From positions 332 through 64,331 of the forward strand of contig JAKQIY010000047.1 of NCBI GenBank assembly GCA_029561455.1: a DNA stretch of 64,000 bases. Reading direction: 5' to 3'. Below are positions 1-11,009 of the stretch, piece after piece. Position 1 is the stretch's first letter, and each line of letters starts with the position of its first letter. Origin of the DNA: a bacterium. GTDB taxonomy: Bacteria; Zhuqueibacterota; Zhuqueibacteria; Residuimicrobiales; Krinioviventaceae. Below the pieces are notes generated by a model. It ran no database searches. It saw nothing but the letters and a program-made list of their open reading frames with translations, and had not been told where the DNA came from. A program made the translations under genes and the position numbers.

Positions 1-1446
1 CGTCAGCAAACCAGCGGAATCTTTTATGCACCGCGCCGCCCTCCCGTGGGCATCGGTTACCTGGCGGAAGCGCTGCGTAAAAATAACATTACCTATATGA
101 TCATCGACCGCGAACTCGGCGGTTATACAATAGAGGAGATCGACCGCAAAATCCGCGACTTTAAACCGGACCTGGTCGGCATCAGCATGGTCACGCTCGG
201 TTACCTGGAATCCTACGCCCTTATCGCCCATATTAAAAACGATTTCGGCGTGGATACCATTATCGGCGGGCCGCATGTTTCCGCATTCGGCAAAGAAATA
301 CTGGTCGATTGCGCCGCGCTGGATTACGCCGTGCAAAGCGAAGGGGAAGAAGCGTTGGTAGAATTAATCCAGGGTAAACCGCTGGCTGAAATTAAAGGTT
401 TGTATTACCGTAATAACGCCCAGGTGGAATTTACCGGCAAGCGTCCCGCGGTGAGCGACATCGATTCTCTCACCTGGCCTACCTACACCGGGTTTGAAAT
501 GGAGCGATACCTGAGCAATGAAATGGGTATTCTCACCTCGCGCGGCTGTCCTTATGCCTGCACCTTTTGTTCAGTGCATACCATTATGGGCGCGAAAATC
601 CGCCTGCGCAGCGTACAGAGCGTGGTGGATGAAATGGAATACTGGTATAAAAAGAATTACAAGACCTTTCTTATCATGGACGATAATTTTACGTTCGACA
701 AACAACGGGTATTCGCTATATGTGATGATATTGAAAAACGCGGCATGAAAGACATCCGCATCAGTCTGGCCAACGGCGTGCGGGCGGATAAAGTGGATGA
801 ACCGATGCTGCGGCGGCTCAAGCAGGTCGGCGCCTGGGAAATCCAGATCGCCGTCGAATCCGCCAGCGACCGGGTGTTGAAAATTCTGCGTAAAGGCGAA
901 ACCCTGGAAACCATCCGCCAAGCTATTGATATTTCCTGCCGCCTGGATTACGATGTAGGCCTGAACTTTCTCATCGGTTCGCCGGGTGAAACCTGGGATG
1001 AAGTGCAGGAGTCATTCAAGTTTGTTAAAGACTATCCCCTGCAACTGGCATTCTACTTTAACATTATCCCCTATCCGGGCACGCGTCTGTTCGATTATTT
1101 AAATGAGAACAATTTAATGCGCGACGATCCGAAAAACTATCTCGGCACCCTGCGCGAGGGCGTGCCCCAGCCGGTATTCGAAACCCCGGAGCTATCCGTT
1201 GAGCAGCGTATAAAGCTGTTAAAGCAGGCGCGGCGGGTGAGCGAGAGTGTACGGCGGGCGTATATCAAGCGTCGTTTGTCACGATTCGGCCTGCTGGCCT
1301 GGCCGTTGGCCTTTCTTGGCTCGTGGACGGTGACGGCGTGGCTGTTAAAGCGGAACAAATTTGTCAGCAAGTATTTACTGCCGATCTATTACCGCATGCG
1401 TAAATACGAAGATCCGCAGAATGAAATTGTGCAGCAAGCGGACTAA
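1..1446 (+). CDS. B12-binding radical SAM protein (5'-truncated by window edge)
   Basis: The frame is open from base 1 (RQQTSGIFYAPRRPPVGIGYLA...). It has a cobalamin-binding N-domain (PDLVGIS, IIGGPH, EGE) and the CxxxCxxC motif SRGCPYACTFC. Confidence 0.9.
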   Translation, partial: RQQTSGIFYAPRRPPVGIGYLAEALRKNNITYMIIDRELGGYTIEEIDRKIRDFKPDLVGISMVTLGYLESYALIAHIKNDFGVDTIIGGPHVSAFGKEILVDCAALDYAVQSEGEEALVELIQGKPLAEIKGLYYRNNAQVEFTGKRPAVSDIDSLTWPTYTGFEMERYLSNEMGILTSRGCPYACTFCSVHTIMGAKIRLRSVQSVVDEMEYWYKKNYKTFLIMDDNFTFDKQRVFAICDDIEKRGMKDIRISLANGVRADKVDEPMLRRLKQVGAWEIQIAVESASDRVLKILRKGETLETIRQAIDISCRLDYDVGLNFLIGSPGETWDEVQESFKFVKDYPLQLAFYFNIIPYPGTRLFDYLNENNLMRDDPKNYLGTLREGVPQPVFETPELSVEQRIKLLKQARRVSESVRRAYIKRRLSRFGLLAWPLAFLGSWTVTAWLLKRNKFVSKYLLPIYYRMRKYEDPQNEIVQQAD

Positions 1447-1458
1447 TAATGTAAAAAC

Positions 1459-1497
1459 AAGCCGGTGATGTGGCAACGCAAACCGGCTTTATTTTTT
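1459..1497. terminator. Probable bidirectional intrinsic terminator
   Basis: Stem AAGCCGGT...ACCGGCTT with an A-run before and T-run after, between convergent genes. Confidence 0.55.
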
Positions 1498-2931
1498 CCA
1501 GAATTCGGGGACGAATAAAATAAGAATAGTATAGAGTTCCAGTCTGCCCAGTAGCATAAAGAACGATAATGCCCATTTCCCGCCGGCGGGGACAAATGCA
1601 TAATTATCCATAGGCCCGGCAACGGCCAGGCCGGGACCGATATTGCCCAGGGTCGCTGCCACGCTGGACCCGGCGGTTACCAGATCCAGTCCGAAACAGG
1701 TCATAATGATCGAGCCGATAATAAAAATAAGCATATAAATAATGAAAAAGCCCAGCACCTCGGTCACCACTTCCGGTTGTATAACCCGGCCGCCCAAACG
1801 CATGGGGATATAGGCATTAGGGTGGAGCAGCTTGCGTAATTCCAGGACGCCCTGTTTTAAAACGATCATAAAACGGATGACCTTTATGGCGCCGCCGGTG
1901 GAACCTGCGCAGCCACCGACAAACATCAATACCAATAGCGCTATCTGCCCCGCGTGAGCCCATTTTTCAAAATCCGCCGTCACAAAACCTGTAGTGGTGA
2001 GAATAGAAACTACCTGAAAAGCCGCCGCCCGTAACGACTGACCGGCATTATGGTAATTACTGAAATAAACAACGATAGTAACAAACAGGATCGAAAGCGT
2101 TGTAAATTTGATGTAAAATAAAAATTCCCGGTCTTTCCAGTACGACTTGAAATTTCCTTTTAAAAAAGCGTAATGTAAACTAAAATTGACGCCGGCCATG
2201 AACATAAAGAAAATGATTACAATTTCAATATAAAGGCTGTTATAATACCCCACGCTGGTATTTTTAGTTGAAAAACCGCCGGTGGCCATGGACCCAAAAG
2301 TGTGACACAGAGAATCGAACAGGGTCATTCCGCCCAGCATCAGCAGGCCGGTTTGTAATGCGGACATGAGGAAATATACAACCCATAATATTTTTGCGGT
2401 ATCGCGGATACGGGGACTGAGTTTGTCCGGCGAAGGTCCCGGCACCTCGGCCTTGTAAAGCTGCATACCGCCGACTCCCAAAATCGGCAAAATGGCCAGG
2501 GAGAGCACAATAATTCCCATTCCACCCAGCCAATGGGTTAAACTACGCCAGAAGAGCAAACCATGCGGAACAGTTTCCACATTGGGCAGGATACTGGCTC
2601 CGGTGGTGGTAAAGCCGGACATGGTTTCGAAAAAGGCGTCGGTATAGGAGGGGATAGCGCCGCCGATAACAAAGGGAATGGCGCCAAATGCAGCCAAAAG
2701 AGTCCAGCCCAGGGCAACAATAACAAAGCCTTCACGAATGCCAAGATCTTTTTTAGAACCGGTAGGCAGGAACAGGGCCGCGCCGCAGCCCAGGCATATT
2801 AGCGCCGAAGTAATGATAGCCTGGGCGTCCCCATCGCCATAATAATATGAAAAGGGTAATGGTAATAACAGGGAAAGACCTTCAAACAGTAACAACGCGC
2901 CAAGTATATGTAATATCACCCGATAATTCAT
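1489..2931 (-). CDS. trkH: Trk system potassium uptake membrane protein TrkH
   Basis: Pore-loop motifs SGFTTTG, MATGGFS, TTTGF, GGCAGSTGGAIK, TLGNIGPG and C-terminal LGRLE. Confidence 0.95.
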   Translation of the reverse strand: MNYRVILHILGALLLFEGLSLLLPLPFSYYYGDGDAQAIITSALICLGCGAALFLPTGSKKDLGIREGFVIVALGWTLLAAFGAIPFVIGGAIPSYTDAFFETMSGFTTTGASILPNVETVPHGLLFWRSLTHWLGGMGIIVLSLAILPILGVGGMQLYKAEVPGPSPDKLSPRIRDTAKILWVVYFLMSALQTGLLMLGGMTLFDSLCHTFGSMATGGFSTKNTSVGYYNSLYIEIVIIFFMFMAGVNFSLHYAFLKGNFKSYWKDREFLFYIKFTTLSILFVTIVVYFSNYHNAGQSLRAAAFQVVSILTTTGFVTADFEKWAHAGQIALLVLMFVGGCAGSTGGAIKVIRFMIVLKQGVLELRKLLHPNAYIPMRLGGRVIQPEVVTEVLGFFIIYMLIFIIGSIIMTCFGLDLVTAGSSVAATLGNIGPGLAVAGPMDNYAFVPAGGKWALSFFMLLGRLELYTILILFVPEFWKK

Positions 2932-2949
2932 GAACAGGCCTGAAATAAT

Positions 2950-4296
2950 TTAAATAAACATGGATTCAACTAGTTTGATAGCGGAAGGCAGGGCAAAGAT
3001 GATCAATTTATCCCCCGGTTCAATAACCGAGTCGCCTGTGGGCACAAATACCTGGTCGCCGCGGGTTATCATGCCGATGAGCATGTTCTGCGGCAGTTTG
3101 GCTTTTTTAAGGGATTTACGGGCTATTTTTGCTTGCGGTCCTGCCAATATTTCAAAAATTTCCGCATCGATACCGCGCAAAGTGGCAAACGAAACAATTG
3201 TACCGCGGCGGATATAACGCAAAATCGCGTTAGCGGTGATCATTTGCTGGTCTACTGCCGCATCCAGGCCGATGGATGACATGACCGGCATATAATCGGA
3301 ACGGTTGACGAGCGCCAGGGTGCGGGTAACACCCATGTGCCGCGCCAGCAGGCAGGAGATGATATTGGTCTCTTCGTCGTTGGTCACGGCGACATAACCG
3401 TCCATATCCATAATGCCTTCAGCAGCCAGCAGGTCAATGTCGGTGCCGTCGCCCATGATGATCAGGGTTCTTTTGACGGCATTGGCAATGATCTGCGATT
3501 TCTCCCGGCTGGATTCGATCAGTTTAATATTAATGCTGCGGTCTTTTTCCAATTCGGCCGCCACCAACCTGCCCACCTTGCCGCCGCCCAGGATCATTAT
3601 GTTTTCCAGCTTTTCTTCGCTTTTGCCGGCAATCTCCAATACTTTCGGCACACTTGCTGTTGGCGTAATAAAGAACAACTGGTCGCCCCGGTTAATAATA
3701 TCCTTACCCGTCGGGATAATGGTAGTATTGCCCCGGAAAATAGCAACAATACGGAACAAGACATCGGGGAACAGTTCGCTTATCTGGATCAGGTTTTTGT
3801 TGATGATTGGAGCGTTCAACCCGATACGTACACCGATCAGTTGCACCCGGCCTTCGGCAAATTCCAGCACATCGGTAGCGGAGGTACGCCGCAGCAGCAG
3901 CACCAGTTCGCGGGCGGTTTCTTCTTCGGGATGAATGATATAATCGATACCCATATCACTTTTTTGCAACCAGCCTTTGGGATCGCTGTATTCCGTGTTG
4001 CGCAGCCGGGCGATTTTGGTTTTAACGCCGGCCTTGGCGGCGATCATACACGCCATAATGTTAACTTCATCGTTTGCGGTAACGGTGATGATCATATCAC
4101 AATGCTTAATACCGGCGCGATTGAGGGCTTCCTGGCTGGCGCCGTTGCCCTCGATGACCATGGCGTCGACCAGTTCGTTGGCCCGGCGGCTTGTTTCTGC
4201 ATTATTCTCAATGATAATAACATCATGATTTTCCGACGTCAGTTTTTTAGCCAGATATAACCCGACCCGCCCGGCGCCGACAATGATGACTTTCAT
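2950..4296 (-). CDS. trkA: Trk system potassium uptake regulatory protein TrkA (tandem RCK_N/RCK_C domains)
   Basis: Two Rossmann GxGxxG motifs (GAGRVG, GGGKVG), 448 aa, adjacent to trkH. Confidence 0.95.
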   Translation of the reverse strand: MKVIIVGAGRVGLYLAKKLTSENHDVIIIENNAETSRRANELVDAMVIEGNGASQEALNRAGIKHCDMIITVTANDEVNIMACMIAAKAGVKTKIARLRNTEYSDPKGWLQKSDMGIDYIIHPEEETARELVLLLRRTSATDVLEFAEGRVQLIGVRIGLNAPIINKNLIQISELFPDVLFRIVAIFRGNTTIIPTGKDIINRGDQLFFITPTASVPKVLEIAGKSEEKLENIMILGGGKVGRLVAAELEKDRSINIKLIESSREKSQIIANAVKRTLIIMGDGTDIDLLAAEGIMDMDGYVAVTNDEETNIISCLLARHMGVTRTLALVNRSDYMPVMSSIGLDAAVDQQMITANAILRYIRRGTIVSFATLRGIDAEIFEILAGPQAKIARKSLKKAKLPQNMLIGMITRGDQVFVPTGDSVIEPGDKLIIFALPSAIKLVESMFI

Positions 4297-4685
4297 TTAT
4301 ATATCTCGATACTTTTCACTATAAATTGAATTTTCGCAAAAAATAGTATTTTGAACACACAAACTTAAAGGTACAAAATTTTTGCATTAAAAACCAGCAA
4401 AGGATAAACTATCAAAAATTTTATTTACTATTCTCTTTGAAAATATTTTTTTTGTTTGTATAATATAAAGAAAAAAATATGATAATAAAAGCAAATGGAA
4501 ATTTTAATATGCTCTAAATAAACCAGATTAAAAATTATCTCCTGCCCGTCAAATTCATTTCTCAAATTCATAGACCTACACGTTAAATTTTCAATGTAAT
4601 AGTTCAGTTGTCATACCGCGTCCAGAAAGCCGATGGTGTGTTTTAATTTCCAGAAAATCTAGTTATTATTATATTTTGAGATTGT

Positions 4686-6554
4686 ATGGTAAAATCTTTT
4701 CAACAGCGTATTCTTTTTGGATACAGCATTTCCCTAGTTCTCATAGTAATTATTTTGCTATGGTCAATGTCGCAACTTTCTCGTTTGAGCGAGGCCAGTA
4801 ATGCCATTTTAAAAGAAAATTATAAAAGCATTCTCGCGGCTGAGAATATGATCGACGCCCTGGAACGGCAGAATAGTGCCATATTGTTGATCATTACCGG
4901 TAATGGGGCAAAAGGCGAAAAACAGTTCAGTGAAAGCGAAAGCGAATTTTTGCAATGGTTTACCCGCGCAAAAGATAATATTACGATAAAAGGCGAAAAA
5001 GATATCATCGATAGTTTGAATACCGCCTATAATAAATACCTGTTTAACTGTAAAAAGATATTTAGCCCGGATCGGGAGCCAGTGACGAGTATAAATTTCG
5101 ATCGGGATATATATCCCAATTTTTTATCAATAAGACAAATGTGTGTTGATTTACGTGAATTAAATCAAAACACCATGTTCACCAGCAGCAATCGGGCGGT
5201 GGTAATCGGTAACCGGGCGCGTTTATCATTAATGATTATTGGTATTATTGCCATTTGTATCGGCATCGGTTTCAGCCTGGTAGTATCGAACCTGGTGGTT
5301 CGCCCGGTATTACGCATAAAAGAAGCCGCACAAAAAATCATGGAAGGGGATTATGATATTCATATTGCTGCGGAAACATCCGATGAAATTGGTCAATTGA
5401 CCCTGGTTTTCAATGAAATGGTCAACAAACTCCGCATTTACCGGGATATGAATATCGACCGTATCGTGGCGGAGCGCAGCAAAAACGACGCTATTATCCG
5501 CAGTATCGATGACGGGATTATTGTTGTGGATAACGAATTTAGAATTACCAATATTAACCCCAGCGCTGTCCAATCTTTGAACCTGAATATATCTAAAGAG
5601 ATAACCGGCGAACATTTTTTAGGAATAATCCAAAATGAAGTTTTATTTCATTATATCAAAGAAACGGTGCAAAGCGCGGCGCCTTGCCCGATAGAAGATA
5701 AAGATACCATATTGACCATCGACAAGGGTGGAGATAAACAGCATTACCAGTACTCTATAACCCCTGTTCTTTCCAAATCCGGGACTATGTTGGGTGTTGT
5801 TTTGTTATTGCGTAATATTACAAAGCTAAAAGAAATTGACCGATTGAAAAGTGAGTTTGTTATGGCGGCCTCGCATGAATTACGCACACCGTTAACCAGC
5901 ATTATCATGAGTGTGGAATTATTGCGCGAAAACGCCATTTTACATCAAAATGAAAATGTTGAAAAACTACTCGGCGTAATTCACGAAGAGTTACAGCGAT
6001 TAAAAATCCTGGTTAATGATTTACTGGATTTATCGAAAATAGAATCCGGTAAATTGGAAATCAATTTTGAAAAAGTAAATATTCAAAACCTGGTCGAGCG
6101 CGCTATCGCTTTATTAAAAACCCAGGCGCTGGAAAGTGGCGTCAAGTTAGAGACTCAAATAGCGCCTGAATTACCACTGGTATTTGCAGATGCCAACAAG
6201 ATAACCTGGGTATTAACTAATCTTATCGCCAATGCGTTGCGCTACACCGATATAGAAGGGCATATACTTGTCCAGGCCGGACAAATCGGTTCACTATTAC
6301 ACGTATCGGTAATTGATGACGGTATTGGAATACCTTATGAATTACAAAGTAAAATATTTGATAAATTTGTTCAAGTAAAGGGAACCAGAGAAGCAGGGGG
6401 CAGCGGCCTGGGTTTATCCATAAGCCGGGAAATCATCCGCGCGCACAGTGGTACAATTTGGGTTGAATCCACACCCGGCGAGGGAAGTGTTTTCACTTTT
6501 ACTTTACCTGTAATCGCTACAGAACAAAAAGGAGAATTAAATGATAAGGAATAG
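4686..6554 (+). CDS. Membrane sensor histidine kinase (periplasmic helical sensor, HAMP, PAS, HisKA, HATPase); KinB-like architecture
   Basis: Two TM segments, HAMP (DEIGQL), H-box SHELRTPLT, N-box NLIANALRY, G boxes DDGIG and GGSGLGL. Confidence 0.92.
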   Translation: MVKSFQQRILFGYSISLVLIVIILLWSMSQLSRLSEASNAILKENYKSILAAENMIDALERQNSAILLIITGNGAKGEKQFSESESEFLQWFTRAKDNITIKGEKDIIDSLNTAYNKYLFNCKKIFSPDREPVTSINFDRDIYPNFLSIRQMCVDLRELNQNTMFTSSNRAVVIGNRARLSLMIIGIIAICIGIGFSLVVSNLVVRPVLRIKEAAQKIMEGDYDIHIAAETSDEIGQLTLVFNEMVNKLRIYRDMNIDRIVAERSKNDAIIRSIDDGIIVVDNEFRITNINPSAVQSLNLNISKEITGEHFLGIIQNEVLFHYIKETVQSAAPCPIEDKDTILTIDKGGDKQHYQYSITPVLSKSGTMLGVVLLLRNITKLKEIDRLKSEFVMAASHELRTPLTSIIMSVELLRENAILHQNENVEKLLGVIHEELQRLKILVNDLLDLSKIESGKLEINFEKVNIQNLVERAIALLKTQALESGVKLETQIAPELPLVFADANKITWVLTNLIANALRYTDIEGHILVQAGQIGSLLHVSVIDDGIGIPYELQSKIFDKFVQVKGTREAGGSGLGLSISREIIRAHSGTIWVESTPGEGSVFTFTLPVIATEQKGELNDKE

Positions 6555-7212
6555 TTCGATTTTAATTGTTGATGATGAAAAAAACATCCGTTTCACACTG
6601 ACCGAGGCATTAACGTCTTTGGCGGCAGAAATTGATACCGCAATTAATGCTGAAGAGGCATTGGAAAAAATCAAACAAAAGAGTTATTCAGTAATGTTAT
6701 TAGATCTGAAACTACCAGGTATGGATGGTATTTCCTTTCTGAAAATGATAAATGAAATCCGTCCGGAAATCCGGGTTATAATTATTACTGCGCATGGTAG
6801 CATCGAGTCTGCCGTCGATGCTATGAAACTTGGCGCGGTCGATTTTATTCAAAAGCCGTTTGTACCCAATGAAATAAGGGAACTGGTTTCCCAGGTATTA
6901 GAACGTGAAACCCTGGATGAAAAAAATGTACAGGACTATAATGGTTTTCTTGAACTGGCCAAAAAAAGTATTGGCGACCATTATATCGAATCAGCCATTG
7001 AATTTGTAAAAAAGGCCATAAATATCGATTCAAAACGGCCGGAAGCATATAATTTACTGGGAGTCTTGCTCGAATTACAGCATGACCGTGAAGGAGCGCA
7101 AAGAAATTACCGCGTGGCCTTATCACTCGATCCCTCTTATGAACCGGCGCAAAAGAATCTTAGCAGGACGACTCATTCCAGTCTTAATGGTAAAATTAAT
7201 TTAGGTGAATAA
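6541..7212 (+). CDS. Response regulator, receiver domain plus C-terminal TPR region
   Basis: REC motifs IVDDE, LLDLKLPGMDG, ITAHG and QKPF; TPR-like EAYNLLGVLLE...YRVALSLDP; no HTH seen. Confidence 0.88.
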   Translation: MIRNSSILIVDDEKNIRFTLTEALTSLAAEIDTAINAEEALEKIKQKSYSVMLLDLKLPGMDGISFLKMINEIRPEIRVIIITAHGSIESAVDAMKLGAVDFIQKPFVPNEIRELVSQVLERETLDEKNVQDYNGFLELAKKSIGDHYIESAIEFVKKAINIDSKRPEAYNLLGVLLELQHDREGAQRNYRVALSLDPSYEPAQKNLSRTTHSSLNGKINLGE

Positions 7213-7229
7213 AAACAGAAAGAATCATA

Positions 7230-7655
7230 ATGTTATATATAATAGTAATTGGCTGTGGGCGGCTGGGCTCCTATCTTGCCAATAGTCTAAGCCGTACCGG
7301 GCATAGTATAGTTATAATTGATAAAAATCAAAATACGTCCAGGTTGCTCAATTCCGAATTTAGCGGCTTTTTTATTGAAGGCGACGCTACTGAATTTTCC
7401 GTACTAAAACAAGCTAGAATTGACAAATCTGATGTTGTCGTTGCAACAACCCAGGATGATAACCTTAACCTGATGGTAGCGCAAATTGCCAAACAGATAT
7501 ATCAGGTTAAAAGAGTCGTTGCCCGCGTCTTTGACCCGAACCGTGAAATAATATACCGTGATTTTGGCATAGAAACAATTTGCCCCACTATTATTTCCGG
7601 CGAAGTGTTTCTGGATGCGATTTCCGTTCCACCTGCTGCAATGGGAGGTAAATAA
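7230..7655 (+). CDS. TrkA-family NAD-binding protein (RCK_N only)
   Basis: GCGRLG Rossmann motif, GDAT and DNLNL; 141 aa. Confidence 0.88.
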   Translation: MLYIIVIGCGRLGSYLANSLSRTGHSIVIIDKNQNTSRLLNSEFSGFFIEGDATEFSVLKQARIDKSDVVVATTQDDNLNLMVAQIAKQIYQVKRVVARVFDPNREIIYRDFGIETICPTIISGEVFLDAISVPPAAMGGK

Positions 7656-8320
7656 TGCATATAATCATTGTAGGAGGGGATAAAATAGTCTATTTTTTAA
7701 CCCGTTTGTTTCAATCCAAAGGACATACAGTAACAATCATCAACCGTGATTATGATGACTGTACCCGCCTGGCTCGGTCTTTAAAGTCTGTGATCATACA
7801 TGGCGACGGCAGCGATCCGGCAATACTTGAAGAAGCCGGCGCTTTTACCTGTAATGCCATTCTTGCTATAACACCAAACGATCAGGACAATCTCATTATT
7901 TGTCAACTCGGCTCTAAACGCTTTCATATCACAAAGACCCTGGCTCTTGTAAACGATCCTGATAATGAAACGGTCTTTACAAAGTTGGGGGTCTCCACTG
8001 TTTTTTCTATAACGCGGATTCTTTCCAACCTGATTGAACAGCAAACCGCGTTTGAAAATGTGATCAATTTAATCCCGGCCGCCGGGGGTAAAGTGAATAT
8101 GACTGAGATAATTCTGGACGGGGAATCACCTGTTATTGGCCGCCGGATCAAAGACCTTCTTTTCCCTGTAAATTCTTTAATTACAATTATTTTGCGTAAT
8201 GATGAACCGATCGTGCCCGGCGGCGATACAACATTACTGGAAAATGATCGTATTGTGGTTATGACTTTACCTGAAAATCATGCGCAGGTAATACGATTAC
8301 TCACCGGCGAATATATGTGA
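7655..8320 (+). CDS. TrkA-family protein (RCK_N plus RCK_C)
   Basis: GDGSD, DQDNL and C-terminal SPVIGRRIKDL...PGGDT RCK_C motifs; degenerate Gly-rich loop GGDKIV. Confidence 0.88.
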   Translation: MHIIIVGGDKIVYFLTRLFQSKGHTVTIINRDYDDCTRLARSLKSVIIHGDGSDPAILEEAGAFTCNAILAITPNDQDNLIICQLGSKRFHITKTLALVNDPDNETVFTKLGVSTVFSITRILSNLIEQQTAFENVINLIPAAGGKVNMTEIILDGESPVIGRRIKDLLFPVNSLITIILRNDEPIVPGGDTTLLENDRIVVMTLPENHAQVIRLLTGEYM

Positions 8321-9807
8321 AAGGGAAAAACGTGTCCGCATCTGCATATAATTACATGCAAAATAAATATTCAGCAATATTATCTTATACAGGGACTATT
8401 CTCATCATTACCAGCATGTTGTTTATTACTCCTCTGTTTCTGTTGATGTTTTATCCATTTGAATCCGGGCAAAGTGCGGGTTTTGTTTTGCCAATGGCGG
8501 GTCTGGCCGGGTTGGGCTTTATACTTAGAACAATTACCCGTAAACGCGCTCCGGTTGTTTTGAATGTACAGGAAGGAAGTATCATCGTTTTGTTAAGCTG
8601 GATCGTGGTATGTATTTTTTCAGCCTTGCCATTGATGATTAATTGTCAATTAAATTTTACCCAGGCTATATTTGAATCAGTAAGCGGCTGGACCACGACC
8701 GGGCTATCTGTAGTCGATGTTACCAAGGTATCCCATCTGGTTTTATTCTGGCGCAGTATTATGCAGTTTGCCGGCGGCGCCGGTTTGGTAATTATCATGT
8801 TATCGGCAATAGCCGGGCCGCCCGGTCCTGGTTTGTCCCTGGCGGAAGGGCGAACTGATTTGTTGGTGCCTCATGTTCAACAATCGGCTAAACTGGTAAT
8901 GATAATATATGTTTCCATGATCTTTATTGGTACACTTTTATATATATTGGCCGGCATGTCTGCTTTTGACGCTATTAATCATTCAATTGCGGCATTATCG
9001 ACCGGTGGATTTTCAACCCGGGTAGAAAGTATTGGCTATTGGAATTCTCCGGCAATTGAATTAATTACCATTATTCTGATGATAATCGGTAACATTAATT
9101 TTTTGACCATTTATTTATTGATAAACAGGAATTTCAAAGCCTTTATCCGGAATGGAGAAATAAGATTATCGGCTTTATTAATTTTAGTCAGTTTTATTAT
9201 TTTACTTTTTTTTGTAACAATACCATTATATGATACTTTATCATCAAGTTTGCGTGTAGCAATTTTTGAAGGCGTATCTGCATTAACCACAACAGGCTAT
9301 ACGATTACTACCTATAGTAACTGGAATACGACTGGCTATTTTGTTTTAATCATTCTCATGTTAATAGGTGGAGGAACCTGTTCCACTGCCGGCGGTTTAA
9401 AACAATACCGTGTCTATTTAATGTATAAATTGTTAAGAACTGAATTTAAACGCGCTTTGTTACCGCGCTCTGCCGTCATTACGCCATTTATATGGCAGGG
9501 AGATCGAAAAGAATATATTAATGATAATTATATCCGGCAACTCATCTCTTTTGTTTTTTTGTTTATATGCGTCTATGCCGTTGGTGTATTGATATTATCA
9601 TTCTACGGTTATCGTCTGGAGGATGCCATGTTTGAATTTGCTTCGTCGCTTAGCGATGTAGGTCTATCCGCAGGAATAACCAAAAGTGACGCCCCCGCAG
9701 TTGTGTTATGGACTGAAACAATAGGTATGTTTCTTGGCCGTTTGGAAATTTTTGTGATTTTTACCAGTTCTGTAAAGCTTTTTAAAGATTTATTTTTAAA
9801 AATATAA
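8317..9807 (+). CDS. TrkH-family potassium uptake protein (second copy)
   Basis: SGWTTTG, STGGFS, TTTGY, GGGTCSTAGGLK and LGRLE motifs. Confidence 0.92.
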   Translation: MKGKNVSASAYNYMQNKYSAILSYTGTILIITSMLFITPLFLLMFYPFESGQSAGFVLPMAGLAGLGFILRTITRKRAPVVLNVQEGSIIVLLSWIVVCIFSALPLMINCQLNFTQAIFESVSGWTTTGLSVVDVTKVSHLVLFWRSIMQFAGGAGLVIIMLSAIAGPPGPGLSLAEGRTDLLVPHVQQSAKLVMIIYVSMIFIGTLLYILAGMSAFDAINHSIAALSTGGFSTRVESIGYWNSPAIELITIILMIIGNINFLTIYLLINRNFKAFIRNGEIRLSALLILVSFIILLFFVTIPLYDTLSSSLRVAIFEGVSALTTTGYTITTYSNWNTTGYFVLIILMLIGGGTCSTAGGLKQYRVYLMYKLLRTEFKRALLPRSAVITPFIWQGDRKEYINDNYIRQLISFVFLFICVYAVGVLILSFYGYRLEDAMFEFASSLSDVGLSAGITKSDAPAVVLWTETIGMFLGRLEIFVIFTSSVKLFKDLFLKI

Positions 9808-9810
9808 AAT

Positions 9811-10845
9811 TCAATTTTTAAAAATTTTCCCAAACACCTCCAGAACCCGGTCAATATCCGCGTCGTTTATTTCCAGGTGAGTAACAAAGCGGATTTTTGT
9901 AGCGGAGAAATCCATGCACAATACGCCCTGCTCGCCTAACTTTTTACACAAGGTCTTAGCATCGACGCCGTAATCCTTAAAATCGGCAATGACGATGTTG
10001 GTGCGGGTTTCTTCAAGATTAATCGATACGCCTTGGACGGAATGCAGAAACGTAGCAATTCTAAAGGCGCGGGCGTGGTCGTCGGCCAGGCGTTGAATAT
10101 TATTTTCTACGGCATACAAGGCCGCAGCCGCCAGGATACCGGCCTGGCGCATGCCGCCACCCAGCATTTTGCGGACACGGTGCGCCTTGTTGACCAGTTC
10201 CATCGAACCGGCTATGGCCGAGCCCACCGGCGCGCCCAGCCCTTTGGAAAAACAAACGGACACGGAATCAAAGTATTGTGCATATTCGTGCAGGGGAATA
10301 CCGGTGGCGATATGCGCATTCCACAGGCGCGCGCCGTCCAGATGCATTTTCAAATCGTAAAAATCCACCAGCTGGCGGATTTCTTTAATAACCTCCAGGG
10401 GATAGATCGTACCCCCGGCGCGGTTATGAGTGTTTTCCAGTTCAATAAGCCGGGTTTGCGGATAATGGCTGTCCTTTGGGCGAATGACCGGCTTGATCTG
10501 CTGCGGGGTAATAATGCCATATACACCCGGCAGCGGGTGCAGTTGTACGCCGGACAGGAACGCCGGGGAGCCGCCTTCGTAATTGAAAATGTGACTGTTG
10601 ACATCGCAGATCACTTCATCGCCGGGGATAGTGTGGCACTTGATGGCGATTTGATTGGCCATAGTACCGCTGGGCACAAACAAAGCAGCTTCCTTACCCA
10701 GCAGCGCCGCTACTTTTTTCTGCAATTTATTGATTGTGGGATCTTCGCCGAACACATCATCGCCAACCTCGGCGTTAGCTATGGCCGCACGCATCGCCGG
10801 GGTGGGTTTGGTTATGGTGTCGCTGCGTAAATCTATTGTTTTCAT
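9811..10845 (-). CDS. ltaE: Low-specificity L-threonine aldolase
   Basis: [28 protein letters not shown] and PLP lysine in SKGLGAPVG. Confidence 0.95.
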   Translation of the reverse strand: MKTIDLRSDTITKPTPAMRAAIANAEVGDDVFGEDPTINKLQKKVAALLGKEAALFVPSGTMANQIAIKCHTIPGDEVICDVNSHIFNYEGGSPAFLSGVQLHPLPGVYGIITPQQIKPVIRPKDSHYPQTRLIELENTHNRAGGTIYPLEVIKEIRQLVDFYDLKMHLDGARLWNAHIATGIPLHEYAQYFDSVSVCFSKGLGAPVGSAIAGSMELVNKAHRVRKMLGGGMRQAGILAAAALYAVENNIQRLADDHARAFRIATFLHSVQGVSINLEETRTNIVIADFKDYGVDAKTLCKKLGEQGVLCMDFSATKIRFVTHLEINDADIDRVLEVFGKIFKN

Positions 10846-11009
10846 GTTGATCCTTTATTTTTGCAATTGATTCATCATTTATTGGAAAAATGCTTTTATT
10901 TAACCGCCGAGCTCGTGGAGAACGCTAAGAAAAAAAAGATTGATTTTCATAGCTATTCCTCTGTGTAAATTAAAAAAGTAATTAACACAAAAGAATCAGG
11001 CAATTCCAT

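Noticed and set aside
3337..4260. Long antisense ORFs (this one, and 10033-10830, 43855-44457, 46423-47079, 50135-50851)
   Set aside because: Shadow frames opposite well-supported genes, with no recognisable motifs.
4297..4685. Possible c-di-AMP or ion riboswitch between the divergent Trk clusters
   Set aside because: The region is AT-rich and promoter-like; no consensus riboswitch motif was recognisable.
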